Shown here in pieces: positions 41,021-63,871 of a DNA stretch of 64,000 bases (position 1 is the first letter of the stretch; every line of letters begins with the position of its first letter). Source of the stretch: Chrysomallon squamiferum (taxonomy: Eukaryota; Animalia; Mollusca); the NCBI GenBank assembly GCA_012295275.1, contig CM022677.1, forward strand, positions 2,666,001-2,730,000. Reading direction: 5' to 3'. Below the pieces are notes generated by a model, which saw only the letters and a list, made by a program, of their open reading frames with translations, was not told where the DNA came from and did not search any database. Position numbers and translations under genes: made by a program.

Positions 41021-42494
41021 TATTTCTTTTTGTTTTCTTCTGTTTACTTTTATATACGAAAATTCTTACGCAAGACAATATAAAACCGAGTTTTGCTAAA
41101 ACCAACAAGGAAGTAGATATTAACAGAAAGAGGAAAACAGGTCACGAATCTCGCTATATAGAAAGCATTGTTTGTAATTGTGTTTTCCTATAATTATAAG
41201 TGATGCGTCCGTTGTATGGGTTTAGTTCAACGATAACTTACTTTATTAATAATATTTGTGTGTTTTGATATGACACCATCTTTTTTGTACATACATAGAT
41301 TCATACATGAGTACATATTATATACATATATACAAACACATATACATACATACATACATACATACAAACATACATACATACATTCTCACATACACATGAT
41401 GCATACAACATATACAAATACATAAATAGTTCCCTTCACACATACATACGTACATATATACATACATATAAATATACATGCATTATATAATGCATACATA
41501 CATAAATACATACATGTATCTCTCCATACAAATACATGCATGCAAATAAATAGATACATACTTGAATACATATACATCTAGACACACGCACATACAAACA
41601 CACAAAATATAAATACATTCATTTTCACACACAAATTTGCAGCTAATTTTCAGGATGACTACGTAAGATTACAGAGAGTACAGACAATGTTAGATTAAAA
41701 ACCAGTGTCTACTTCAGTTCTTTGGAAAGCTCATAAATTCGAGAAAGTTTGAATATTTCTGGTTTTAAAGATATAGCAAGTGTTTTATTTCTATTAAAAA
41801 AAAAAAAAAAGAAATTCAGTTTATAATTCTGCTTGCCTGTTGTGTCATTTTCATTTGAAGATTGTTTATAACAAAATAAAGTCGCTTGTGTTGTTTATGT
41901 TTAGTGATGGCAGTCACTCTCCATACTACAAAATTACTTGTTTCACTTTGTTAAACTAGAAACTTTGAAGTTGACGAATGTCAGGTCTCCCAGGTAGTAA
42001 TGAGATAACAACGTGTTTTGTCACATTTTAATTCTCACCACGTTTTATAACTTAATTTATGATAAGTAATATATTTCAACAACTCAACAGGAGATAAAAA
42101 AAGAAGAAGAAAATGTTTTAGTCTAAAGTGAAGCCGAATGAACTGGAAAACACGAGTAAACATGTTCAGCCCGATTTGTCTATCAGCGCAATCTTAACAC
42201 TGAGCTGCGCATTATTAGATCACGTGACTGAGCAACAATCTGGAGATTGCCAATTCTTCGCTATTTTGTGATGCGTACTTGGCACGTACAATTAATGTAC
42301 TAGACCGAACTATGGGAACAGCTGTAAACATCAGTTCAAAAGCGTGTAGACTGGTGTCATATAATAATGATAATAATAATAAACTAATAACATATATATA
42401 TATATATATATGTTTTAAATTCGCTTTCTCAATTTACACTGGAACGTCGGTTTAGAATTTAATTCGTTCCAGAAGTCGGTTGTTAAACCGAATT

Positions 42495-43355
42495 GTACCT
42501 CAATCGAAGAGATGTCAGACACACGAATGTCACTCTCATGTTTTGCAGTTATTTCTTTCTTAACCTGTACTTGATACGTTTGTACTTTCCACCAGCATTG
42601 TCTCTTTCTCTTTTTGTTTACTTGGGCGCCGCATTGGATAGGGTATAATAAAAGATATAAAATAAGGAGCAACACTTTAAAAAATGTGAGCACGCAATCT
42701 GAATGCAAAAGCTATTGAGCTGCACCTGCGTATCGAAGACTAAAGGACCTAATTTATTTGAATACAGGTTGACATTAAAAAATCTGCCTACTGAAAATCT
42801 GGTTTCGTCAGATTTCTGCCATGGATTTTGGAGCATTTTCTAATTTATTGTGTTGGCGCGCCTCTGTTTTCTGGATACGCCGTTTATGTTTTCATGGAGC
42901 TGTACTCCAGAATCAGCTGTTTAGACTTGCTTCCACCTGCTAACAGACATTCCTGCTCATTCCTTCTCATTTTATCATTTATTTGCTGCTGTATACAGGT
43001 AGTCATTTTCTGTTAAATATATACAGCACACACAGCCATAAAAAAGTCCGGCAGTTTTGAAAATCCGGCACTCCTCAGGTCCTAATTTTCGAATGTCAGC
43101 CTGTGTATATATTTGCTATGGGGCATTGTCTATAATCCTTACTTTGACCTAGATTTTGACGTAAGCATCTATTCTTATCTTTTCTAGATGATGACGTCAA
43201 AACCGAAGTCAAAAGAAAGCTTGTCGTGGTGCGTCTTTGTAGTTCGTAACTCGGGACATTATTCGTAAACCGAGACAAAACTTACTCCAGATCACGTTTC
43301 GTAATCAGGTTTGCTCGAGCTTCGAGGGGTTCGTAACCCGAGGTTTCATGGTATT
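42495..43355 (-). mobile_element. Tigger/pogo-like transposon fragments
   Basis: Minus-strand QVKKEITAKHESDIRVSDIS (psq-type HTH N-terminus) at ~42505-42570; TTCGTAACTCG/TTCGTAACCCGAGGTTTCA terminal-type sequence at 43243-43353. Confidence 0.65.
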
Positions 43356-43764
43356 TAGTTATATCCTGCAACATTTTCTGTGAATCTCATTGATTTTAAA
43401 AAGAAAACGTGTTCGTATTTAATTTATAGGCTACATTTTTTTTAGTATTAGTTTAATTACGTCAAAATCACGTAATCAGAAATAAAACTAAAATTTAACA
43501 GTTCAATTTGTCCCTGTATATCTTATTTAATAATTATATGCTGCCACTAGTGAAGCGGTTATGGCCCGCGAAGTCGACAACTTGTATAAATCATCTCAAA
43601 ATTGTGTCAACTTAGCGGAACAAGCTGAACTGTACCAGTGAGGATCTGTCGATGTCCCGGGACTCATTATTTGTGTTTTACCTGGGTGACGCTGTGCGCA
43701 GTCAAAACGTAACAACGAGATGATATTTACTGTACGGCAGCTACTACTACTACCACTACAACTA

Positions 43765-43877
43765 CAATTCAGCTCAGTTTATTTATTAGGCAAAATCAGC
43801 ATGTCTATAAACACAAAACAGACAAGAATACAGTTATAAAACAGAAAGAGTTGTGTAATAGGTTAATAAAAATATAA

Positions 43878-43918
<41 letters not shown>

Positions 43919-44105
43919 TACAAATTAAATTACATATTTATCAAGATTCCTTAAAAAAAAATTTTTTTATTTAAGGCAAAAGACTGATTATGTTAAAAGT
44001 AGATGGTCTTCTATACAAATGTTACTTTAAATATGATACGCTAATATCATTATAAAACAAACATTTTGATACAAAATGGAATTCATCTTCAGTGTCTCTA
44101 CTGTC
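43765..44105 (-). mobile_element. LINE 3'-end fragment
   Basis: Minus-strand DTEDEFHFVSKC motif (~44062-44098), then AATAAATAAA and a short (ctgag/ctgaa) tail near 43765-43787. Confidence 0.65.
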
Positions 44106-44199
44106 TCACATAAACACACACACACACAGACACACACACATAAACACACAGACACACCCACACACACACACATACACATACGCACACACACAACAAAAC

Positions 44200-45200
44200 T
44201 GCAATGGGTCCACTAAGGATGTTCGATCCTACGTGTCAAGTATCCCATCGCTCTGATCGATCCTAGTTCAATCGCTCTCTACTGATCTAGTAAATACGTT
44301 GTGGTATTACAATACTAGTAAATACTACAGTTCAGTAATCGCTCTGGTATTACAATACTAAATAAATAATACTAGTAAATACGTTACAATATTACAATGC
44401 TAAGTAAATACGTTGTGGGTATTACATTACTAGTAAATAATTCCTAGTAAATACGTTTGGTTATTGGGTATTACAATGCTAGTAAATACGTTGTGGGTAT
44501 TACAATGCTAGTAAATACGTTGTGGGTATAGTAAACACGTTGTGGGTATTACAATGCTAGTAAATACGTTGTGGGTATTACAATGCTAGTAAATACGTTG
44601 TGGGTATTACAATGCTAGTAAATACGTTGTGGGTATTACAATACTAGTAAATACGTTGTGGGTATTACAATACTAGTAAATACGTTGTGGGTATTACAAT
44701 GCTAGTAAATACGTTGTGGGTATTACAATACTAGTAAATACGTTGTGGGTATTACAATACTAGTAAATACGTTGTGGGTATTACAATACTAGTAAATACG
44801 TTGTGGGTATTACAATGCTAGTAAATACGTTGTGGGTATTACAATACTAGTAAATACGTTGTGGGTATTACAATACTAGTAAATACGTTGTGGATATTAC
44901 AATACATTAAATACTAGTATTAAATACGTTTTGGGTATTACAATGCTAGTAAATACGTTGTGGGTATTACAATACTAGTAAATACGTTGTGGGTATTACA
45001 ATACTAGTAAATACGTTGTGGGTATTATAGTACTAGTAAATAAATAAATAAATAAATAAATTATATATTAAATAAATATATTGGCGTCACACATTATGGT
45101 TAAGGATCACGGAGATAATAAGAAGAAACCCGCTGAATGGTCTCTCTTACCAAATAAAAACCAGCAAGGGATCTTTTATATACATTTTCCCATAGAAAGA
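44200..45200. mobile_element. SINE-like fragments (44200-44288 and 45080-45200) flanking the 29-bp satellite
   Basis: AATGGGTCCAC...TTCGATCC and GGTTAAGGATCAC...GAAACCCGCTG...CAGCAAGGGATCTTTTATAT resemble, from memory and unverified, an abundant gastropod tRNA-derived SINE-like repeat. Confidence 0.45.
44288..45040. repeat. 29-bp satellite T(A/G)CTAGTAAATACGTTGTGGGTATTACAA
   Basis: Period 29 (44560, 44589, ...); about 25 copies, homogeneous centre and ragged left end. Confidence 0.97.
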
Positions 45201-46198
45201 AAATTACATAGATAGAATTCTTTTTAAAATAAATTTTAGTCATAGCAATATTTGTATTTGTAGTTCGTAGTTCAAAAACATATTTTATTCTCGCAGTGAT
45301 CAGTTGAGGTGTAGACGCTCTATGTGATCTGTGTCATCCATGTTGATGTGGTTGTTTTCGTATAGCGGATTCTGGCATCAGTAGCGCTGTATTTGCGTTT
45401 TCATGCTGGAGCTCGCCAGTGACCATCCAGTTGGTGCAATTTGACTTCCATTTCAGACTCCCTACGTTTTAGAAATCCTACTCTACTCTCGTTGTTTTCT
45501 AAAACAGCGTCTCATAACTGCAGCGCAGAACTTACCAACCAGTTAGACATGTCTACGTCCCGGGACTTTTTTATTCTACGTCCCGGGACTATTTTTTTTA
45601 TTCTACGTCCCGGAACTGAACAAAACAGATTTGTCGACTTCCCAAATGAAGCATACAACTGAGCTCTAAGGACGAGTGTGAGTGCAAAGTGATTTGACTT
45701 GAGAAAACCGCGCAGTTTTAAGATAGCGCAGATCGGCAAATACCGGAGAATACTCGCACACGAATTACATAATACTGTTGTTACCCACGTGACATCATCT
45801 GTCCCCATCTCTTACTGCAACATATTTTATCTTTCTTGTTCTTTCTTTTTTCGTCTCATTGTTATACATATCATTAACAATTGTCATTGTTATTATTATT
45901 ATCTTTCTTCTTTTTTTTTAAATTAAATTTACAAATGAATATATATTATCTGTGAAAAACATGTGACTGATAATACTGGTTTGACATGACAGTCACTGTG
46001 TTAGTTAAAGTTTGCTGTTTGTTTGTTGTAATCAATTAATTGAAACTTCAGACTTTTTTTACTGGTGGACTCAGTCTGTCAAGTCTCAAAAGCAATCAGT
46101 CTCCAAGTCTGACTTAATTGAATGAAGGTTGTTAGTAGAGGTTGAAATGTTTGGGCCTGAATATATTTTGTGAAAAAAAAGCACAGTTGTGGTAAACC

Positions 46199-46333
<135 letters not shown>

Positions 46334-47180
46334 TGCCAGTGAAATAGTTACAAAGTTATGATTTTTTTAATGTTTAATTTCTTTTGGTGACGTTTGCTGT
46401 TTTGAGGAAACCTGTAACTTCAAAGGTTTGTTCTGAAGCAAGATTATCTCTGGAAAGTAGTTAACAGACTTTACAGAAAGTTTTCATCAAGTTTTTCTAC
46501 TACTTTCGCGTGACCAAACATTTTTTACTGGACAAACAGATGAAGATAAGATATTTAATTTTTGTTTGGTCGAGGCTGTTTATATGAAGAAAACTCGTAG
46601 ACAAAACCTCGTGAACGTAACAAGTAGTGTATGAACGATGTTCGCGATACACGTTCAGAGAAATATAACAAAATGGCCGCTATGCCAAAGTACTTCCAAC
46701 TGAGATTAAACCTTTTCTTCACACTACAAGGTAACACTCATTCAATAAAACAAAGACAAGATTTAATATTTTCCATTTATCCAATTTTTATTCAAATAGC
46801 ACTTGAAACAGAGAATAAATCAGTGGTTTGAAAGTCAAAAAAAATGGCGGACCGAAAATACAGACGCTTACTCTATATTAAGTTATTTTACTTCGAATCG
46901 TGACCAGAAACTAAGAGAAATAAAGATGAAGCGATTTTTCTTTTGCTGCTAAATACAATCAAGTATGAAATTAAGTTCAGTGAAAATACTAGTATGAAAC
47001 AGACTTCTAGTACGACTGAGAAAATGCAAAATGAATGACAAGAATTATTAAAATAAAACATTAAAATATCCTTAGTTGATAAAATATATTCAGTATATAA
47101 TATAAAGTAATGCGATATAAAGATATCTATTCTTTTCTACTTTGATGTTTATTTCACTTATTATTATACTCTATATAGAG

Positions 47181-47215
<35 letters not shown>

Positions 47216-47442
47216 TAGATAGATATACAAATACACAGAGACACATACAGACATACATACACATGCATAACACATTTCTGCATGATGTAAAGTTTGTGAT
47301 TGCTACATCTAGTGGAAAATTGTAACACATCACAATCTCGAGTTTAGGATTTCGGAATTTAGAATAAAGTTTCCTTAACCTTTTATAATAATAACAATAA
47401 AATAAAATGAATAAATAAATAAATAAATAAATAATAATAATA

Positions 47443-47506
<64 letters not shown>

Positions 47507-47781
47507 GAAAAGAAAAGAGAAAAAAGTGTAAAGACAGAAAACACTTCCTTGAAGCGACAAATTTTGGATCATTGCAGGTTAATACTTAAAATGTTAGTAT
47601 AAAAACAGATTTTACAAATCACAGAAATAAGGTAAAATATAAATCGCACAGACGAAAAGTTCAATTAGATATTAGGATGAAATACAAATACACTTAAATA
47701 TGTAACTAAATAAATAAATACAAAAAACAAAAACAAATTAAATACTGAAATACTGATGTGAAGCACTGCTAATACGAGGTA

Positions 47782-47900
<119 letters not shown>

Positions 47901-48258
47901 CAACAATAATAATAATAATAATAATGTGCTATGGCATACTGCTAACATGAATTTAAAATATAAAAATAACATCACCAACAAAAGCAACAACAAAAAAGTA
48001 AATAAATAAATAAATAATTAAAAATGAAATGAAATAAAATAAATAACTCTTCATAGCAGACGACACATTGTGCATCAAAATATAGATCGAGCTACTACTG
48101 ACATTCTTTTAAATCCATGGACTTGAGAAACGTTGTCTATGTTGTCGGAATCGTCGTGGATGTTATCGGAGATTTCTGATTTGCTAGAGGGAATTTGGTT
48201 GTTAGACAATGCAATTTGTCTATACAGACTGCGTAGCGATAATTCGGAAGTCACTTTA

Positions 48259-56641
<8,383 letters not shown>

Positions 56642-56762
56642 TATTTCTTTTTGTTTTCTTCTCTTTATTTTTATTTACAAAACTTCGTACACAAGACGAT
56701 ATAAAAACAGGTTTGCTTGAACCAACCAGGGAGTAGATATTAATAGAAAGAGGTAAACAGGT

Positions 56763-56936
56763 CACGAGTGTATTATAGCCCAGACAGCTAGTGGCCTCAC
56801 AGTAAACGTTTATCAATGAACACGAGTGTATTATAGCCCAGACAGCTAGTGGCCTCACAATAAACGTTTATCAATGAACACGAGTGTATTATAGCCCAGA
56901 CAACTAGTAGTCTCACAATAAACGTTTATCAATGAA
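56763..56936. repeat. 58-bp tandem repeat x3 in the proximal upstream region of receptor copy 1
   Basis: CACGAGTGTATTATAGCCCAGACAGCTAGTGGCCTCACA.TAAACGTTTATCAATGAA at 56763, 56821 and 56879. Confidence 0.95.
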
Positions 56937-58666
56937 TGGATACTTAGAATACAGAATACACTGTTTGTAATGTTGTGTTGGTATAGTTATAAGTGAGGTG
57001 TTCATTTTGCTAATGTAAGTTGTATGAATTGCATAGATACATACAATCAAACATGCTTACATGACTAAGGCGTACATACTCAAGCTAATTTTCACATAAA
57101 CACACATTCCCAGCCTATTTTCATATATATATATATACCTATTTCCAGTTTATTTTTATCTGCACCCGTTCTTTGCCTGTTTTCGTGAACATCTATTCCC
57201 AGCTAATGTTCAGGACGACAACGTAAGATTACAGAGAGAACAGACAATGTTAGAATAAAAACCAGTGTCTACTTCAGTTCTTTGCAAAGCTCATAAATAC
57301 GAGAAGTTTCGGAATCTGGTTCTAATGACATAGTAAGAGTCTATTTCTAAAAAAAAAAAACCAAAAACCAATTTGACCTGTGACATTTATTTGAAAACAA
57401 TTAATATTAAGTTTGTAAATTTTAAGCTGGTTATAAAAATAATTTTTATCAACTAAAATGCAATATTTGAAGACATGTGCAATAATGGAAAGTAGTTGTT
57501 TTCTTACAGAATGATTTTGAAACATAAAAATCTGGGTGGGGTATTACCTGGGACAGAGATTACACAAGTAGTATATCTCAGTTTTATAACACTCAGTCAT
57601 ACAGAGAATGTTAATACTAATTAAACAAACAGCTGTAATTAATTTACATCATCTTCACAGTTGTCTACGTTCTACCTGTAAAGTAGTTCATGTATTTTTA
57701 AAATTCATTGTCGTACAGGTAAATAAAAATAATGTTTGTCTGGAGATAAATTCTTTAAATTGATTCAGTTTAAAATTCTGCTTGCCTGTTCTGTGATTTT
57801 TATTTGAAAATTGTTTATAACAAAATAAAGTTGCTTGTGTTGTTCATGTTTAGTGATGTCAGTCATACTCCATACTACAAAATTACTTGTTTCACTTTGT
57901 TAAACTAGAAACTTTGAAGTTGACGAATGTCAGGTCTCCCAGGTAGTAATGAGATAACAACGTGTTTTGTCACATTTTTCTACTCACCACGTTTTATTAC
58001 TAAATTTACAAGTAATAAGATATTGCAAAATCTCACTTGAAACTTGTCATTAGTTTTAAAACTGATGCTCTAAAATCTTAATTTTACATATTTTTGTTTT
58101 AAAGTTTTTTATTTAGTTATATCCTGTGACATTATCTTTAAATATCCTTGATTTTAGACACAAAATGTGTTTGTATTCAATTTACAGGTCAATGTAAATT
58201 AGGCCACACGTTTTATATTACTTTAATTTTGAAAATTATGCACTTCAAATTCACAGGATGTCACAAATAAAAATAAAATTGTCCAGTTCAGGTTTACACG
58301 GTTTATTTAATTTAATTTATTTTATTTAATAATTATTTGCTGTCTCTAGTGAAACATGCAGTTTAACTCTTAGCACGGGTGTAACTGATCTGACTCGAAG
58401 TGATCTCGAGAATATCGCGAGTTTTACCGATCATTAGAATGCGCAGCGCAGTCTTAAAATAGCGCAGATCGACAAATAGCGGAGAATACACAGACACACA
58501 GTTACATAATATGGTTGTCACCTACGTCATAATAATATCTCCTGTGTGTTGTAATGTGACATTTTATCTTTCTTGTTCTTTCTTTTTCCCTCCCATTGGT
58601 TTTAATATCACTAATACATTGTTATTGTTATCATCAACATCATCATCATCATCATCATCGTCATTT

Positions 58667-58730
<64 letters not shown>

Positions 58731-59744
58731 ATTTACAATTAAATATATATGATCTGTGAGAAATATGTGACTGGTAATACTGGTTTCAGATGATAGTCAC
58801 TCTGTTAGTTAAAGTTTGCTGTTTGTTTGTAGTAATCAATTAACTAAAACTTCAGTCTGTTTTTTACTGATGGACTCAGTCTGTGAAGTCTCAGAAGCAG
58901 TCATGCCCATATGGTGAAACATCAAAAACAATTGTCTCACAAAACAGTTAAAATAAAATTAATACATTACATTACACTAAGTTTCACAGTTGTATTTCCG
59001 TCACAAAGTCTGACTTCACTGAATGCAGCTAGAAATGTTTGGGTCTGAATTTATTTTGTGAAAAATAAAAACAAAGCTGTAGTAAACCTAGGTTCTTGAA
59101 AATCAACTTTTAGAATGTTCAGATGTAAAATAATATAAACCACATAAACACGAATATACCTCTAGAAAGACATCGTGTGTGTACGTGTGTGTGTATATGT
59201 GTGTGTGTGTCTCTGTGTGTGTTTAAGTGTATGTGCATGTGTATGTGCATTGTAACACATCACAATCTCCAATGTAGGATTTCGAAATTTCGAATAACGT
59301 TAAACTGTTATAAGAATAATAATAATAAAAATAAAATCAGCTACCGAGGATTCCTTTAAGAGACAAATTTTACAAAATGGCCGCTGTTCCAAAGTACTTT
59401 CCGTTGAAATTAAAAGTTTTTCTTCACACTACAAAGTAACACTCGTGCAATAAACACAAAGGTAAGACTTCAGATCTTCCATTTATTCATTTTTTTAATT
59501 CAAATAGTATTTGAAATAGAAAATAAATTAATCATTCGAAAGTCAAAATAAATATTACTACACCGGATGATCCATTTGAATAGTAGCGAGTTTTACTGTA
59601 TCACAATAAAGTTAGATTAATACTAAAAAGTTATTATCAAAGAGACTTCGAGTATCATCCACTTTTTCTTCTCAGCACTGTCCTTTGCATTCACTTTCTT
59701 AGGATCCATATTCAGAAAAAAGAAATTTGTGAAAATTACACAAA

Positions 59745-59976
59745 AACACGACCATAACAGAACAGACATGCTTCCGTGGTGAGGTAACCACATGAAGAAA
59801 ACGAGTTAGACGTGGGATGCTGGGCGGATGTTGTGTCGTTCGTTGCGCCAACTAACGGCAGTGTATCTGAAACTCGGTCGTAACTCGGATTTTGGCTCGC
59901 CACTGAAAGCAAAAAATCGACCGGGCGACTGCTCGTAACTTGAAAAACTCGTAAGTTAGGCACTCGTAAATCGAGT
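59745..59976 (-). mobile_element. Terminal fragment of the same Tigger family as 50924-51691
   Basis: Matches 51480-51682 (gcttcc..gg.gaggtaacc, gggatgctgggcggatgtt, cggattttggctcg, ctgctcgtaact..aaaactcgtaagtt). Confidence 0.85.
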
Positions 59977-60488
59977 ATACAAACATACATAGACACATAG
60001 AGACATATATACACGTGCAAAAATATACAGAGTGTCTTCAGGTATTCTTGTAATTTAAATAAATTTGTGCATGAAGTAAGGTTTGTGATTGCTTCATCTA
60101 CTGGAAAACTATAACACGTCAGAAACTGGAATTTAGGATTTCTGAATTTTGAATAAACTTTCCTTAACCTTTTATAATAATAAGAGAAAAAAAAATGATA
60201 AACAAACAAAGCATAAATAAATAATAAAAATAACAAATGATAACAATAGAAAAATAAAAAATAAAAAATAAGTTAAAAATAAATCGCACTGAAGAAAAGT
60301 TCATTTAGATAAAGTACAAATACAAAGTAAAAGGTAAAAATAATAATACACATAATTAAACAATAAAAGTGGTGTTAGACATATTAACATCGTGTTTAAA
60401 ACAACAACATCAAACTCAATAATAAAATAAATAATGAAATAACCAAAAAATGTATCAAAAATTAAAAAAAGGGTACGAACCACTGTTA

Positions 60489-60531
<43 letters not shown>

Positions 60532-60780
60532 TTAATAATAATAATAAAATGTGGTATGAGACACTTAACATGGAACAATTTTTTCATCAAAATATCGATC
60601 GAGTTATTGCTGACATTCTTTTCAGTCAGAATTTTCCAGAACAAAATTAAAATGTTCTCGGCCTTCAGAAACGTTGTCGTTGTTGGCGGAATTGTCGTGG
60701 ACGTTATCAGAGATTTCTGATTTCCTAGTAGGAATTTGATTGTTAGACGAGGCAGTATGTCTACACAGACTGGGGTGTGG

Positions 60781-62273
60781 TTAATCGGAAGTAACAGCAT
60801 CAGCGATGTCGTAGAGGTTGCTGTCAGGTTGGTTAAGATGGTTATACAGTTCTGATGTTGTTGTTGCTGTTGGAGGTTTCCTGTCCATTGTGTCGTAGTC
60901 TTCTGAATCGACGAGGTGGCTGTAGACGTCAGATACAGTTGCAGTTATCTTTTCTCTATTTGTGCTGTCGTAGTCGCTGTCATTGTCAACACCAAGCCGG
61001 TTGTAGACATCAGACGTAGCAGTTTTCTTTTTCTTATCAAAGGTATCGTAGTCGCCGTCGTTGAGCCCAGCAAGATTGTTGTAGATGTTAGATGTATGAG
61101 CTGTTGTATTTGTTGTGTCTGTGCTGTCGTAGTCTCCTTCATGACTGCTTGAGACGTGTTTGTCCACTTCAGATGTCGTAGTAGCTGCCGTGTTGATATC
61201 CGATGTGTCGTAGTCTCCATCGTTGTCGTCAGCAGTAGATCTGTTAATGGGAAATGTTTTAACGTCTGCGATGTCGTAGTCGTTATCATTTCTGTTTTCC
61301 ACGTTGACTGTAACTCCGTTTGGGACGTTGTAGTAAACACTGTGGTTTCCTTGATTTTCTGATTCAAATTCATAATCTGCCGACGTTGATGTCGTTGTTA
61401 CCTCATAACTCGGATTTGCGTGCCCAGGTTGTAAATGTTCAGCAGAGCTGATTTCAATGTTTCTTTTGTTAAAATTAATTCTTGATTCTGGTAACTTCTG
61501 AGTTTTAAAACAAAATCGACGTGTTCTGAAAAATGAAGATATTATTTAAATTTAAACTGTGAAATACTAAGTTAGTTTTATTATACGAGGTTCTGTCGTG
61601 ACGATTCTGATAATTCAAAGGAAAAACTATTTTACATTTCAAATTAAACTGACGTTAACTGAGATGAATAACAGTGAAATACGTAGATTCTTTTTTACTT
61701 TCATTCATATTTTTTTCTTTTACTTTCTTTCATTCCTTTGTATCCTTCAATCTTTCATTCTTATCTTTCTTTTTCCTTCGCCATGTTTTCATTTTATCTT
61801 AACTTTTCTAACAAACATGATATTTCATCCATTATTTTTTTCTTCTGTTTTTTCTTTCATATTTCAGCCTGTTTGTCTCCTGTTTTTCTGCTTCATGAAT
61901 TTTTTATAATTGTGTTCAGTGACTGATTTTAACAAATTCTCACCGTTTAGTCCAAACTACGACGACAACGATGACAACCAACACCACTACAGCAACAGCG
62001 ACACCACCACCAATAGATGCTGAAAATAATTACATAATAACATTGATTTTAATCTAAGTACAGTTAACTATGTAAATGTTTGCTTGTTTTATTTTATTTT
62101 ATTTTATTTCATTTTATTTTATTTATTTATGTTTATTTGTTTTTTTCGTCGCTTCTTGTCGAAATATGTATATTTTTAATTTTGACACAAATATAACGGA
62201 TTATTTTCCCCTTTTCACATAAATTATATACCACAAATTACTAAAAATATTAAAATAAAAGAAATCTGGAAAG

Positions 62274-62308
<35 letters not shown>

Positions 62309-62804
62309 ATGATTAAAGGAATACAAAAATGAAAATATATTTAATTAATTTTAATAAGATTTGCAGAATAAATATAGTAAATAAATAAATAAGAATAAAA
62401 ACTAAAAAAAATGTATCTAGTAACTTAAATTTAGTGAAATAAAATTAGTTAAAACCAGTAAAACAAAATTGTAAAATTAAAACTAACCTGACTTGTTTGA
62501 TGAATGTTGAGTCTCAGCGGATTGTTTCCTTGGAATTATCTCCCCTGATGTTGTTGGTTCAAAATCAGAAGAAAAAGATGGTCTGGAGAAAAGTATGGAA
62601 GTTGACAATTTTGGCGTAGTTGCTGCGGTTGTTTTCTGTGTCTGTTTCGCAGGTGTTGCCACCGATGTGGATGTTGTTGCTGGTGTAGTTACATTATCTG
62701 TAAATACATAAAAGACTGTCTCAAGAAGACGTTTGTTGTTTTGTTTTTGTTTTATTAAAAGTTTGTATGTCATCTTTTAACTTTATTATTATTATTATTA
62801 TTAT

Positions 62805-62837
<33 letters not shown>

Positions 62838-63816
62838 CTGTAGTAGTAGTAGTAATAATTGTAGTATTAGTATTAGTAGATATAGTAGCAGTAGTTTAAA
62901 TTATAGATAGCTATTATTTCACAACACATTTATACATACATGCATAAACATATATATTATATACGTATTATGTACATACATACACAGATACATGCCTATG
63001 ATACATAATACTGTTACATTTTACAAAAATAAGTACATACAAACATACAAATACACAAGCACATACCTAGAGATATAGATATTTATATAAGGGTCTCTTT
63101 GTCTATAATCATTTTTAACTAATAAACAAAACGACTTTTTAACAATTTGTTTTACCGTGTTATTTTATACTCACATTTCTGACAAACAGCTGGATTTTTC
63201 TGGTCTGATTTGTAACTGTAATATAATCTGTAATTTTTTGTTAAACCGACCATCCTTTTAAAATCACTTTTAGAATCTGGTTTTCTTAACGATGCCACAC
63301 TACCTGCAAGATTTAAAACAAGTGTGATAGAATTTTGTTTTACACAGAGGAAGAAGTAACAATAAATACTGAATGTCTATTCTTTGTCGTTTTCAGCAGC
63401 AACACGAACATCAGTTAAATAAAGATTATCAAGAACAATGAAAAGATAAATATAACTAACACACAAAGACCCAAACACATACTTCCACACAAACACAACA
63501 CAAGATGTATACACATTTCTGACAACAATTTACCATCAATCCACAGCAGTTTGACATCTCTGTGGAGTCCAATCCAGTAGTAAAGATTTGTTTGTAGCAG
63601 ATTCTGCAGTGATGAGACTGTACTGCTGCTTACTTTAAACATGTCAAAATGTCTGCTTGCATAGTTCCATGACATCCTCCACCGTGAAATACAAGTTTCA
63701 GAATCCCAGTAACAATCTAAAAACAGATAATGAAAATGATGTTATAATGAAGGAATATTTCAATTTATTTTATTATTTATATTACATAGTTCTTCATTAT
63801 TATTAGCAGTAATAGT

Positions 63817-63871
<55 letters not shown>

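Larger units (their letters stand above)
43557..45646. mobile_element. 2.1-kb composite insertion with subterminal inverted repeats, absent from the paralogous site
   Basis: Flanked by TGAAGC (43551-56 / 45647-52). GAAGTCGACAA at 43570-80 is inverted at 45631-41. The paralog near 58350 is continuous across the site. Confidence 0.7.

Noticed and set aside
44288-45040. 29-bp array (also the 40-, 58- and 64-bp arrays) as CRISPR
   Set aside because: Units are contiguous with no unique spacers, there are no cas genes, and the context is eukaryotic.
46670-46855. AAAATGGCCGC/AAAATGGCGG YY1-like motifs as a promoter
   Set aside because: Short motifs downstream of the receptor gene with no associated exon; insufficient support.
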